Below, in pieces: positions 20,338 through 29,365 of a DNA stretch of 64,000 nt. The notes under the pieces were generated by a model, which saw only the letters and a program-made list of their open reading frames with translations, was not told the origin of the DNA and made no database searches. Every line of letters starts with the position of its first letter. Positions within the stretch are counted from its first letter, which is position 1. The stretch spans positions 1-64,000 of IMG/VR virus record IMGVR_UViG_3300011560_000001. One strand, written 5' to 3'. The position numbers and the translations under genes are program-made. The DNA comes from a virus. Taxonomy: Duplodnaviria > Caudoviricetes.

Positions 20338-21654
20338 ATGGTACACATACCGCTATTTGCGCCCCAAGGCGATATCAGCCTCGAAGCGTTTGAAAAAGAT
20401 CCTATTGTTGCTGAAGCGCTTGCTGTGGAGCCTACCGCTGAAGTCATCGATGCTGATGGTGTTGAGTTACGTTTGGCGACAATCGACGAACATGAAGATG
20501 CACTCGATCGTGCTTTCCCTGCCGTTGAAGCACTGCGGGAAATCAGTTTTGATGTTGCCCCGACTATCGAATCGGCTAACTACAGTGATGTTGCGTTGGT
20601 TCGTAACATTCAAGAATCCGCCTCGATTGCTTTGGGCTTGCCCTCCGAAGCATTGCTGACTCCAACCGACCGTGTTGAGATTGGAGAAGCTTTGGTTGTT
20701 GAAGGGTTTAAAGACACCGTTGTAAAAGCCATGAAAAAGATCTGGGATATCATCGTTGATATTGCCCTGACTCTGGCAGCAGCCTTCGAGAAGCTTACCC
20801 ATCTTGTTTATGACGAGACACGCAATTTTCAGAAAGCTATTGCAGCCCTCGAACAAATGCCCAAAGGCAAATACACGGAAAATAAAGAGGTCGCGTTTAA
20901 AGCAGAGTGGCGAACACTTTTCCCTAACCGTAACAAAGTTGGCGGTGTAGACACGCTGAAAAGCAACATCGATACCTTCAATCAGATGTTCCTTAAATCG
21001 GACGGTTATTCAGTTATTGATGGGTTAGGATTAAACATCATCGACTTCCATTTAGATAAGGTTGAAAAACTTCCCGTTGATTATCTGACTTTCTTGAACG
21101 CTGTCAAATCAACGCTGGAAAATCGCGGTTCCGTGGAAGGTACTGACGTTATCACTCCAACGGTTTCCGGAAAACGTATCCGTTACATCAACGGTGCGGT
21201 CTTCTTGAAAGAATTCGATGCGTCAAAAGACAATATCATCGATGCGGTTAAACGTTACCTCGACTTGGATATTATCGTTGAAGATATTGAATGGGATAGT
21301 GACCCGGAAACGTACGTCCTACCGACGCCTGACGATTTGCGTAGCGTTCGACAACTGACGTTCGCGAAAGATCTGTTGATGGTAACAAAACGTGGGCGTG
21401 CTTTCTCTGAGATCTTCTCTCGTAATAAAATCCGTACCATGGAACGCATCCAATACGTTACCATGAAACGCTTCAACGAGCAGAATTTTGATGCGAGCTA
21501 CCAACCGTACGTTGAGATCTATCCTAAGCTCGTTAAGCGCGCGATTCTGCTTTGCGGTAAAGAGAACCGTATTGAAAACCAATTCGCTTACCAATATCTT
21601 CGTGCATTGACCTCATTTATCAACACTCTCGTTAAAGCTTATACCAAAGGTTAA
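20338..21654 (+). CDS. internal head protein paralog
   Basis: GGAG RBS before ATG 20338; SLE|AF and VVE|GF sites followed by the KDTVVKAMKKIWDII helix; homologous to the next two genes (D..L.R.I...AS..LG motif). Confidence 0.75.
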   Translation: MVHIPLFAPQGDISLEAFEKDPIVAEALAVEPTAEVIDADGVELRLATIDEHEDALDRAFPAVEALREISFDVAPTIESANYSDVALVRNIQESASIALGLPSEALLTPTDRVEIGEALVVEGFKDTVVKAMKKIWDIIVDIALTLAAAFEKLTHLVYDETRNFQKAIAALEQMPKGKYTENKEVAFKAEWRTLFPNRNKVGGVDTLKSNIDTFNQMFLKSDGYSVIDGLGLNIIDFHLDKVEKLPVDYLTFLNAVKSTLENRGSVEGTDVITPTVSGKRIRYINGAVFLKEFDASKDNIIDAVKRYLDLDIIVEDIEWDSDPETYVLPTPDDLRSVRQLTFAKDLLMVTKRGRAFSEIFSRNKIRTMERIQYVTMKRFNEQNFDASYQPYVEIYPKLVKRAILLCGKENRIENQFAYQYLRALTSFINTLVKAYTKG

Positions 21655-21663
21655 GGAACTAAC

Positions 21664-22953
21664 ATGGCCCGCATCTCTCTTTTTGATAACGTCAATAAAA
21701 ACGCATTCGAACTCGCACTGCTCAGCGCCGAAGATCTTCTTGCGGCAATTCCAGCGGAGCAAAATGATCCCAACGCAGAAATCGAAGAGGACGAAGTTGA
21801 GTTGGTGATTCGACGTACCGACGAGACGATCGACGAATCCAGCGAACTGGCTGAAATTGCGGTGCGTACCTCAGCAACGCTGGAAGATACCGCATACATG
21901 ATCGCACCTACGATCCCTGAAGCACGTGCGAGCGACGTCGCCCTTATCCGTCAGATTGCTTCGACGTCAGCAGCTAACCTGGGGATGTCCGATGAAGACA
22001 TGTTCCAAGCCGACGATCGTTTGGTGGAAGGGCAGGCTATCGTACTGGAAGGCTTTAAAGAACGCGCAGCACAAGCGTTATACGCAGTTTGGGTAATCAT
22101 TGCGAATATCGCTGAGCAACTGTTCAAACTGTTCCAGATGTTGTTCAAGAACCTGGTCGTTGCATACAACAAAATTGTCAAGATCGCAACCGCTGTGAAT
22201 AAAGGTGAACGCCATATCAAACAACTGGATAAGCCCACTGAAAATATGGTCAATATGTTCCCTAATGCTAAATCAGCGAATGCCGTGTTTGCAAGCAAGC
22301 ATATCGAACAACTCGCTGCAAGCGCAAGCGGGACGGATTCACTGTTTAAGCATGTGGCTGATATCAATAAAAAGGTCGCAGACCTCACTGACCTCACACT
22401 GCTTCCGTCTATCTTAGACAAATACCTGCTGGCGATCAAATCAGCTCTGAATAAAGTTGTTTTTCCAGAGAGCGGTGGGAAGGAATTCGTTATTCAAGGT
22501 CTCGACGCTGTTGAAAACGAACGTGATGCGATTAAAGCCTATACGCTGGTGAAAAATATTCGGGTTGAGGCCGAGATGACGGTGGCCGGTGAGATAGAGA
22601 ACGCAAACATTTTCAAAGACGATAACGAACTGAAAGGCGCATTGACTTCCTATCTTAACGTGTTCCGTACGATAGACTCCTCTTATTTCCACATGGTTGA
22701 AGCTTTGGCCGGTTCTGTGGAGCGTACCGCTAAACTCAACGGCATGAAAATCAAAACGAAGTGGGGTGATATGCTCGACAAGCTGCCTGAAGCCGATCGT
22801 GAAACCATCCGTCCTTATGTAAGCGCGGTTTCTGAAATGGCGCGCTTAAGTACTGTATTGTCAACCAAGATTCTTCGCGCTTCGATACGCCAATATGCGG
22901 ATGCTGTATTTGCTGCAGCGAAATACTTCGACGCTGTAACCGAAAAAGCATAA
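21664..22953 (+). CDS. internal head protein paralog
   Basis: Acidic propeptide; DVALIRQIASTSAANLG; VLE|GF site followed by an amphipathic helix. Confidence 0.75.
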   Translation: MARISLFDNVNKNAFELALLSAEDLLAAIPAEQNDPNAEIEEDEVELVIRRTDETIDESSELAEIAVRTSATLEDTAYMIAPTIPEARASDVALIRQIASTSAANLGMSDEDMFQADDRLVEGQAIVLEGFKERAAQALYAVWVIIANIAEQLFKLFQMLFKNLVVAYNKIVKIATAVNKGERHIKQLDKPTENMVNMFPNAKSANAVFASKHIEQLAASASGTDSLFKHVADINKKVADLTDLTLLPSILDKYLLAIKSALNKVVFPESGGKEFVIQGLDAVENERDAIKAYTLVKNIRVEAEMTVAGEIENANIFKDDNELKGALTSYLNVFRTIDSSYFHMVEALAGSVERTAKLNGMKIKTKWGDMLDKLPEADRETIRPYVSAVSEMARLSTVLSTKILRASIRQYADAVFAAAKYFDAVTEKA

Positions 22954-22963
22954 TCACCATATC

Positions 22964-22995
22964 CCTTCCTCCTTCCCTTACGGGTTGGAGGAAGG
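22964..22995. terminator. 32-nt hairpin family copy 3
   Basis: CCTTCCTCC-TT-CCC-TTAC-GGG-TT-GGAGGAAGG flanked by CATA and TTTTATG. Confidence 0.75.
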
Positions 22996-23102
22996 TTTTA
23001 TGGCGTTGGTATCCGGTTATCTTTTGACTTCTGAATCAACGGTTCAGAAGGTAAATGGCGGACATGATCACCCGCCAAGATTTTCCTACGTAGGAGTCCC
23101 AA

Positions 23103-24404
23103 ATGGAAAACGTGTTACAACAACCCATGACATCGTTGTTTCAAGGGATTGATGATGAACCTGTAGAATCGTTCGGTATCGCTGGCAATATTCTCGATGC
23201 CAGTAATATTGAGAATCAGTTTCACTCAATCGACGAAACAAACACGGTGATGAAAGAAGGTGAACAACACCTTCAAACATTAAATAAACTCCGGCTGGAT
23301 ATTGTCCCAAACATGGCTGAAGTTGAAGAACGCGATATCAGCACGATCAAACATATCGCATCAACCGCAGCGGCCGGAATGGGAATGGACCCAAACCAAA
23401 TCATCGAGGGTCTGGAAGAGGAAACTTCCAGCGGGATGAGCTTGAACATGGAAAGTTTTGACAAGACCGCAAAAGAAGCAACCCGAGCGTTATGGCTTTA
23501 CATGAACGAATTATACCGCTACGCGATCGATATCTGCAATCGTTGTTATCGTCGATTCGTTCGTCAGGTGAAGCCGTTATTAAAGAAAGCGGCTGCATTG
23601 AAAACTATTTCCGAATACGATGTTAATGAAGATAACGCATTCTGGGAGAACTTTCCCTACAACTGGCGATATCTTCATCCGAAAGGCGGTGCGGTAAGCA
23701 GCATTGCTGATTTACGACAAACCGCAGAAAACATCGTAACGAACACAGGAATCCTCGCAGCATGGCATCGTCAACTCGATCCGTTATTAATGCAGCTACT
23801 AAAAGCACCATCAGCGGATAACAAAGAAGGTATCGCTGCAGAAAACGAAGCCTGTTGGGAGAATATTCTCGAGGTCATCAACGATGCGTTATGCGAGAAG
23901 CCGTTAAAGCCTACCGGAACAGACGACATTGTCGTTGACGTACCCGTTGGTGCTTCCTACCTTAAAATACACAACATCGAAGACGCAACAGGAACGCAAT
24001 TCAGCGTTGTGTGGGAAGCCGTACCTTTCCAATCAGCAAAAGACGGATTCCGTTTCTTGCCGTTAAACGACGTTATCGACGGAACCAACGCGGTCATCAA
24101 CGCATTAAGTACATTATGGTCTACGCTACGACAGTTGGAATTTAAACGTTGTCTTGAAGCAAGCCTTGCTGACCAGGACGAATGGATTCAACCTTACGAG
24201 CGTTTACTACAACAGATGGACAACGACGATACCACCGCATCCGCTATCGTTCAACGTGTGGGTATCGCGCGTAACGTCGTCGGCTTCCAGGCGGTTGCTT
24301 TTGCCCGATTCCTGTTAACTGTCTGCGACGTCATCGACGGTCTTAATGATTATCTTGACGCGCATCTCGAACTTGAGGAAACCAGCAATGCTGCAGACCT
24401 ATGA
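23103..24404 (+). CDS. internal head protein paralog
   Basis: AGGAG RBS; PVE|SF and NME|SF sites; DISTIKHIASTAAAGMG matches the two upstream paralogs. Confidence 0.72.
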   Translation: MENVLQQPMTSLFQGIDDEPVESFGIAGNILDASNIENQFHSIDETNTVMKEGEQHLQTLNKLRLDIVPNMAEVEERDISTIKHIASTAAAGMGMDPNQIIEGLEEETSSGMSLNMESFDKTAKEATRALWLYMNELYRYAIDICNRCYRRFVRQVKPLLKKAAALKTISEYDVNEDNAFWENFPYNWRYLHPKGGAVSSIADLRQTAENIVTNTGILAAWHRQLDPLLMQLLKAPSADNKEGIAAENEACWENILEVINDALCEKPLKPTGTDDIVVDVPVGASYLKIHNIEDATGTQFSVVWEAVPFQSAKDGFRFLPLNDVIDGTNAVINALSTLWSTLRQLEFKRCLEASLADQDEWIQPYERLLQQMDNDDTTASAIVQRVGIARNVVGFQAVAFARFLLTVCDVIDGLNDYLDAHLELEETSNAADL

Positions 24405-25494
24405 CGGACAGATTCAAGCGTTAAGCTTGTTAAAAACATTACCTGTGCCAGAGACAGCAACGCAACGACAAATTCACCAGCTTATTTATCAGCAAGCAGG
24501 CGGTATTCCGGCAACCGGTTATACCACAGAAAGTGCTGATCTCCTCACGATGGAATCGTACAATCAGCTTGCGATGAAAATCATCAAAGCCATCATCGAT
24601 GCGATCTGGACAACGTTGCGGAACATTACCGCGTTTATCGCACGGTTTATCGATCGTAGTCGTGCACTACAGCTCGAACTCAGCAACATCCGCCGTCACT
24701 ACACAAAAGCCGTTGGTCGTAAACCTATCGCGCAAAGCTTCGAAGCTACGTCGACGTTGGCTCCTCACCTACGGTATGGGAACAGTTTTGGGTTCGATTT
24801 CACAACCGGGAATACGCTATACAAACAGAATTTGGCAATCGCTGAATATCTCTTGTCTTCGTCGTTCCGTGATGATTTCAAGCAGTTCGCTAATACGTTA
24901 GATAGAGCACTCGACATTATCTTAAAACAGACGGATACCGCATTAATCGATGTGATTAATCGCGATGCGTATACGTTATTGCATAAAGTCTACAGTACGC
25001 TAAACGAATCGAAACTCGTCAACGTAACGTTACTGGGTAACCGTACGCTACGACTCGATCAGGTTACCACCGCAGGTTCTGGTTCAATTCAACAATCCCT
25101 CGCTATTCAATCCGCACGGTTTGAAGTCCAGGATGTACCGTCCGTTGAACGGGATATGGTGGTTACAATGCCAACATTAGAACAAGTTGGTGTGCTACTC
25201 GAGTCAGTAAATACGGGTGTTGATTTGCTGGTTAGTTACCATCGTAAAAAGTACGCCAACGAGCTACTCGAAATTGCGGGGAATTTACAAGCAAAACTTA
25301 ACGACGTTTATCGTCAACAAGGTCAGTTGTCAGTTGCTACTGCTTCTGATGATGCTATGGTAGCCCTTTCTCGATACCTTACAGCGTATACCGCGTGGAT
25401 CAAGGTGCCGCTTGTGGGCTATGCCGAGTTCTTTACGAATTCAACGGCGGCTATGCTTGAGGTCTCTCGCGAGGCGCTGAAATACTACTTTTAA
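24388..25494 (+). CDS. internal head protein paralog
   Basis: GAGG RBS before ATG 24388; TME|SY site followed by the IIKAIIDAIWTTLR helix. Confidence 0.7.
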   Translation: MLQTYDGQIQALSLLKTLPVPETATQRQIHQLIYQQAGGIPATGYTTESADLLTMESYNQLAMKIIKAIIDAIWTTLRNITAFIARFIDRSRALQLELSNIRRHYTKAVGRKPIAQSFEATSTLAPHLRYGNSFGFDFTTGNTLYKQNLAIAEYLLSSSFRDDFKQFANTLDRALDIILKQTDTALIDVINRDAYTLLHKVYSTLNESKLVNVTLLGNRTLRLDQVTTAGSGSIQQSLAIQSARFEVQDVPSVERDMVVTMPTLEQVGVLLESVNTGVDLLVSYHRKKYANELLEIAGNLQAKLNDVYRQQGQLSVATASDDAMVALSRYLTAYTAWIKVPLVGYAEFFTNSTAAMLEVSREALKYYF

Positions 25495-25509
25495 GAGGAA
25501 TAACGCTTT

Positions 25510-28500
25510 ATGAAAAAATCGTTAGCTGATCTGATGCGTAAGTCGCATCTTAACCTGGAAAGCGGCGATACCCCTATCGAAGTCAAAGCAACGCTTTCTA
25601 CCGATAAAGAAGAGCAAGTGATCGCATTACCTACAGCGGCACGACCAGACAGCATCGAAGCGACGATCGAATCAGATACGCTCGAGGAAGGGGCTACTGT
25701 TGATGACGCCGTTCGTGTGATTCGTAGTACGGATGAAAACGGTGAGGATGTCGTACGCGCTGTTATTGTTACCCGTCCTATTGATGGTAGCTTGCGAATC
25801 CGTTTCACGCCGAGCAATGGTGGCGTGACCATGGAAGACGGTAACGACGTTCAACCGTTCGTTCTGATCGCGGTACCAACCGCACCTGGCGAAGAGCCGA
25901 AGAACCCGTATCCGGCAAACGCGCCGACCGAGACACCAGCGCCGAAAGTGACCAATGACCCGACCGTTAGCGCTGACCGTGACAACCTGAAGAACAAGAT
26001 TCAGGATGCAGCTAACGCCATCGATCCAACCAACCCGACGCAAATCGAACAGGTAGCGCAACCTGCAGAAACCACCGAAGGTGTTAAGGGTAACGTCGTC
26101 GAACCGGAAAAAGCAGAACCTGTTGCTGAAACAGCAGCTGTGGTAGCCGACGTAACACCAGAAACCAAAACGACGGAAGAACCCATCAAAGTCACCGTGA
26201 TTAAACGTGTCGTAGAGAAAGTAGAAAAGGTTGAAGATACTGTCGCTGACGAACAACCTGCTATCGACGCTAATGACGGTAATACCGGTGAGCAGAAAGC
26301 CGAAGCAGTTGCTCAGGAAACAGAACTGCAAGGCGATGTTGACGTCGATAACGCTGATGAAACGCCTACCGAGGACGGCACCACCGAACCTGCGTCCGAA
26401 GAAGCAGCCAACGCAGACGTCGATGCTGATGCTATCGACACCAAAACCACCAAGGGCGATGAAAACACCAAAGGTGACGATGAAGACGACGAAAACGAAG
26501 AAGATGAAGATCTGAAACAAGAGTCGTTCGAAATTCATCAAGAGCTGGAAGCCCGCGGTGTATTAGATGTTCCTGTTGTTGAACAGCGCGCTTCTGTTAT
26601 TCTCGGTGAAGGTGAAACAGATGTTACCGTCATTGAAACAGAACAACCGTACATTCCTGGCACTATGGTGGTACGTCGTCTTGATGGGGATAAGAGCGTT
26701 ATTGTTCGCCGTACTCGTTACGCTGAACGCTTTAACGCTGATGGTCAGGGTGAAGCGATCGCCATTGTCGACCCTACCCTGCAAGGCGAACTGAAAATGG
26801 AATTCCGTCCGGCTGAAGGTCCGATGGAAAGCTTCGAGATTCGTCCTGAAATCAAAGACGAATACATCATGGAATCGTACAAACAGCTTGATGTCGCACT
26901 GAACAGCGATCTCAATCTGGAAGACGGGGAAAAGCAACCAGGTCGCTTTAAACAGATCCTGAAGTCTGTTTACGAAGCGGTTGTGAAGTTCTTAAAAGCA
27001 ATCGTGGCACGCCTAAGAAAACTTTTCGGTGTTAATAAAAAGAAAATCGAAGAGAAGGCCGGTAAGCTCACCAAAGAACAACGCACAGCACCAGTAATGA
27101 AACTGCTTCCTCCACCGAGTAATACTTCGGATGAAAAGAAAGTCGACGTCGAATGGAACAAACTCGATACGCTGCTTGCGAACGATGCTAAATCGGTTGA
27201 TAAAATCGTAAACGCCGTCAAAGACAGCAAACGTATCGCTGAAGCATCCCGTAAATTCTTCGACCAGCTGAAGGATCTTAAAGAAGGCGAAAGTCCAAAC
27301 GCTGATACGGACATGCTGACAGCAACAACAATGTCTGGCGTGGCCGCGTTCGGACATAGCGCCGACGCCGCTTTAGATGGTATTCGTAAGTTCCGTGATG
27401 AACTTAGCGCCATGAAACAGCAGGATGATGCTGTGCCGTCTAACGTTAGTGTTGATATGCTGATCGATGCGTCAACGAAACTGTTTGATGAGGACCTTCT
27501 GAAAGCAGCTACACAACTTCAGGAGACAGCTGAACGGCTAATCCGTGACATCGATAAGAGCGGCAACGATTACGATGTTGGTTACATCGTTAAACGCACA
27601 CGCACACTGATGAACTTTGCGACAACAGCATGTACCGTCTACGGATTCGCTGCGAAAGAACTCGGTGATGTTACCGTCCGTATACTCACCGCTGTCGCTG
27701 CGGCCGATAACGGCGAACTCAAACAGGAAGAGTACCAGGATGTTGCTGGTGAAAACGATCCGGTTGTCACCATCGAGACACTGGAAGGCGATGCTGGTAC
27801 ACGTGTTGTTGCCGAAGCGGAAATCGTTGACGATCCTGCGGTTGTAGAATTCGTTGAGCGTGCTGAAGAAGCGCAGCGAAATCTGGCTATCGGTCGTCAT
27901 GCAGTGAGCGCGGTGGAAGGTATTCTGGTAGCGGCACGTGAGATCGGTCCTGATAACTTCCAGGGTAACGTCGAAGCCACCGAAATTGCGATGGAAGGGT
28001 TCATGGATACCGTTAAGAGTGCGGTCAACCGTATCGGTAACTGGATTGAAACCAACCACCGTTACTATACCGCCGCTACGGCTCCATGGGATAAGCTGTT
28101 CGCCGAAACACAGCAAGCGTTGGCTAAAGCGCGTCGTGGTAACCCAGCAGCAGAACGGATTATTCTGAAACGTTTCATCCGTCATCTTACCATCGGTGGT
28201 GAACCTATTACCGATGTGAAGAAGCTCATCGCTGCGTTGGGTGAAATCAAAATGCTTGGTAACATGACGCGTGAATTAATCGTTGCTATCGATCGTGAAC
28301 TCAGCGAAGTGCGGAAGAGCAACCAGTCCGAAACATCAGCCGGATCGGTTGTTGGTCTGAAGCGTATTCCTATTCAGAAATGGGATAAGCTCATGGTCGC
28401 TACCGTACAACCGTGGAAAGACAGCGATCGTAAAGGCGTTGGGTCCAAAGCGTATCTTGGTGAAACGCATATCGTGAAGATGAGCGCGACCTATGCGACA

Positions 28501-28893
28501 ACGCGTAACAACCCGAACGAGGAAGCAGCGAAACTGATGCAGTGGATCTACACTGGTATCAATCGTCAGTTTACGGTTTCTGACGACCTCACCAGTGAGG
28601 AGTTACCGGTAGCCAGCACCGGCGAACTGGAAGCATTGCTGCGTGCGGCTCGTGAAGCGCATGAAGCATGGCTTATTGCTGACAACGCCATGCAGGCCCT
28701 GCGTTCAATCGATAAATTCCTGGATAGCGAACTCAACGTTGAGAACGATGTTAATAATGTCGTTAACTACGGTATTGTTCTCGGCCTGGAAGATTGGTTG
28801 TTCCATCCTGCACTGACGTTATGGCAACAGTTCAATAAACCGATGCAAGCAGTGCTTTTCCTCATCAAAGCACATTGCGGTGCCTACAAGTAA
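25510..28893 (+). CDS. very large multi-module internal head protein (1127 aa)
   Basis: Acidic low-complexity N-terminal region; LNLE|S, LKQE|SF, PME|SF, IME|SY, LKQE|EY and AME|GF sites; two amphipathic-helix cargo modules. Confidence 0.72.
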   Translation: MKKSLADLMRKSHLNLESGDTPIEVKATLSTDKEEQVIALPTAARPDSIEATIESDTLEEGATVDDAVRVIRSTDENGEDVVRAVIVTRPIDGSLRIRFTPSNGGVTMEDGNDVQPFVLIAVPTAPGEEPKNPYPANAPTETPAPKVTNDPTVSADRDNLKNKIQDAANAIDPTNPTQIEQVAQPAETTEGVKGNVVEPEKAEPVAETAAVVADVTPETKTTEEPIKVTVIKRVVEKVEKVEDTVADEQPAIDANDGNTGEQKAEAVAQETELQGDVDVDNADETPTEDGTTEPASEEAANADVDADAIDTKTTKGDENTKGDDEDDENEEDEDLKQESFEIHQELEARGVLDVPVVEQRASVILGEGETDVTVIETEQPYIPGTMVVRRLDGDKSVIVRRTRYAERFNADGQGEAIAIVDPTLQGELKMEFRPAEGPMESFEIRPEIKDEYIMESYKQLDVALNSDLNLEDGEKQPGRFKQILKSVYEAVVKFLKAIVARLRKLFGVNKKKIEEKAGKLTKEQRTAPVMKLLPPPSNTSDEKKVDVEWNKLDTLLANDAKSVDKIVNAVKDSKRIAEASRKFFDQLKDLKEGESPNADTDMLTATTMSGVAAFGHSADAALDGIRKFRDELSAMKQQDDAVPSNVSVDMLIDASTKLFDEDLLKAATQLQETAERLIRDIDKSGNDYDVGYIVKRTRTLMNFATTACTVYGFAAKELGDVTVRILTAVAAADNGELKQEEYQDVAGENDPVVTIETLEGDAGTRVVAEAEIVDDPAVVEFVERAEEAQRNLAIGRHAVSAVEGILVAAREIGPDNFQGNVEATEIAMEGFMDTVKSAVNRIGNWIETNHRYYTAATAPWDKLFAETQQALAKARRGNPAAERIILKRFIRHLTIGGEPITDVKKLIAALGEIKMLGNMTRELIVAIDRELSEVRKSNQSETSAGSVVGLKRIPIQKWDKLMVATVQPWKDSDRKGVGSKAYLGETHIVKMSATYATTRNNPNEEAAKLMQWIYTGINRQFTVSDDLTSEELPVASTGELEALLRAAREAHEAWLIADNAMQALRSIDKFLDSELNVENDVNNVVNYGIVLGLEDWLFHPALTLWQQFNKPMQAVLFLIKAHCGAYK

Positions 28894-28908
28894 TCCGTAC
28901 GCATAAAC

Positions 28909-28935
28909 AGCCCGCCCTTCGGGGTGGGCTTTATG
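28909..28935 (+). terminator. cUUCGg hairpin terminator
   Basis: AGCCCGCCC-TTCG-GGGTGGGCT then TTATG, with CATA upstream. Confidence 0.75.
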
Positions 28936-28981
28936 CTGTCGACCATCATGTGATATCTTATCTTTCAAACAGGAATCTGCG

Positions 28982-29365
28982 ATGACACGTGAAGCGAAAT
29001 TTCTATCCCTCGCACTTAACGGTGCGCAACAACAGACATGCTTGGTAGCGGCGTGCCCGCGACATTCAGTACCAGGTATGTATATTTGTCGTATTAACCC
29101 ACATACCGCACGTGAAACCGTCGTGCAGATTCCTGTTGCGGCATTGCCAGAAGGTACCAACAAACCAATCATCCAAGGATTGCCGTTAGAAGCGCTATAC
29201 GCTGTTTTAAACAACGAAATAGAAACATTAATGGAAACGTCCAATGAAACAGATAAAACGCGTCTAGGGCTCGTTAAAGAGCTTCTACAGAGCAGTCTGA
29301 TTCATTATACCGGATATCGACAACAAGGAGGTGAGGAAATTAGCGAGGACGACATCGATGCCTAA
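28982..29365 (+). CDS. hypothetical protein (127 aa)
   Basis: CAGGA RBS; overlaps the start of the next gene. Confidence 0.6.
   Translation: MTREAKFLSLALNGAQQQTCLVAACPRHSVPGMYICRINPHTARETVVQIPVAALPEGTNKPIIQGLPLEALYAVLNNEIETLMETSNETDKTRLGLVKELLQSSLIHYTGYRQQGGEEISEDDIDA

Noticed and set aside
25672-26541. 289-aa hydrophobic antisense ORF, and similar short antisense ORFs throughout
   Set aside because: Mirror of acidic GAA/GAC-rich sense codons; these are shadow ORFs.
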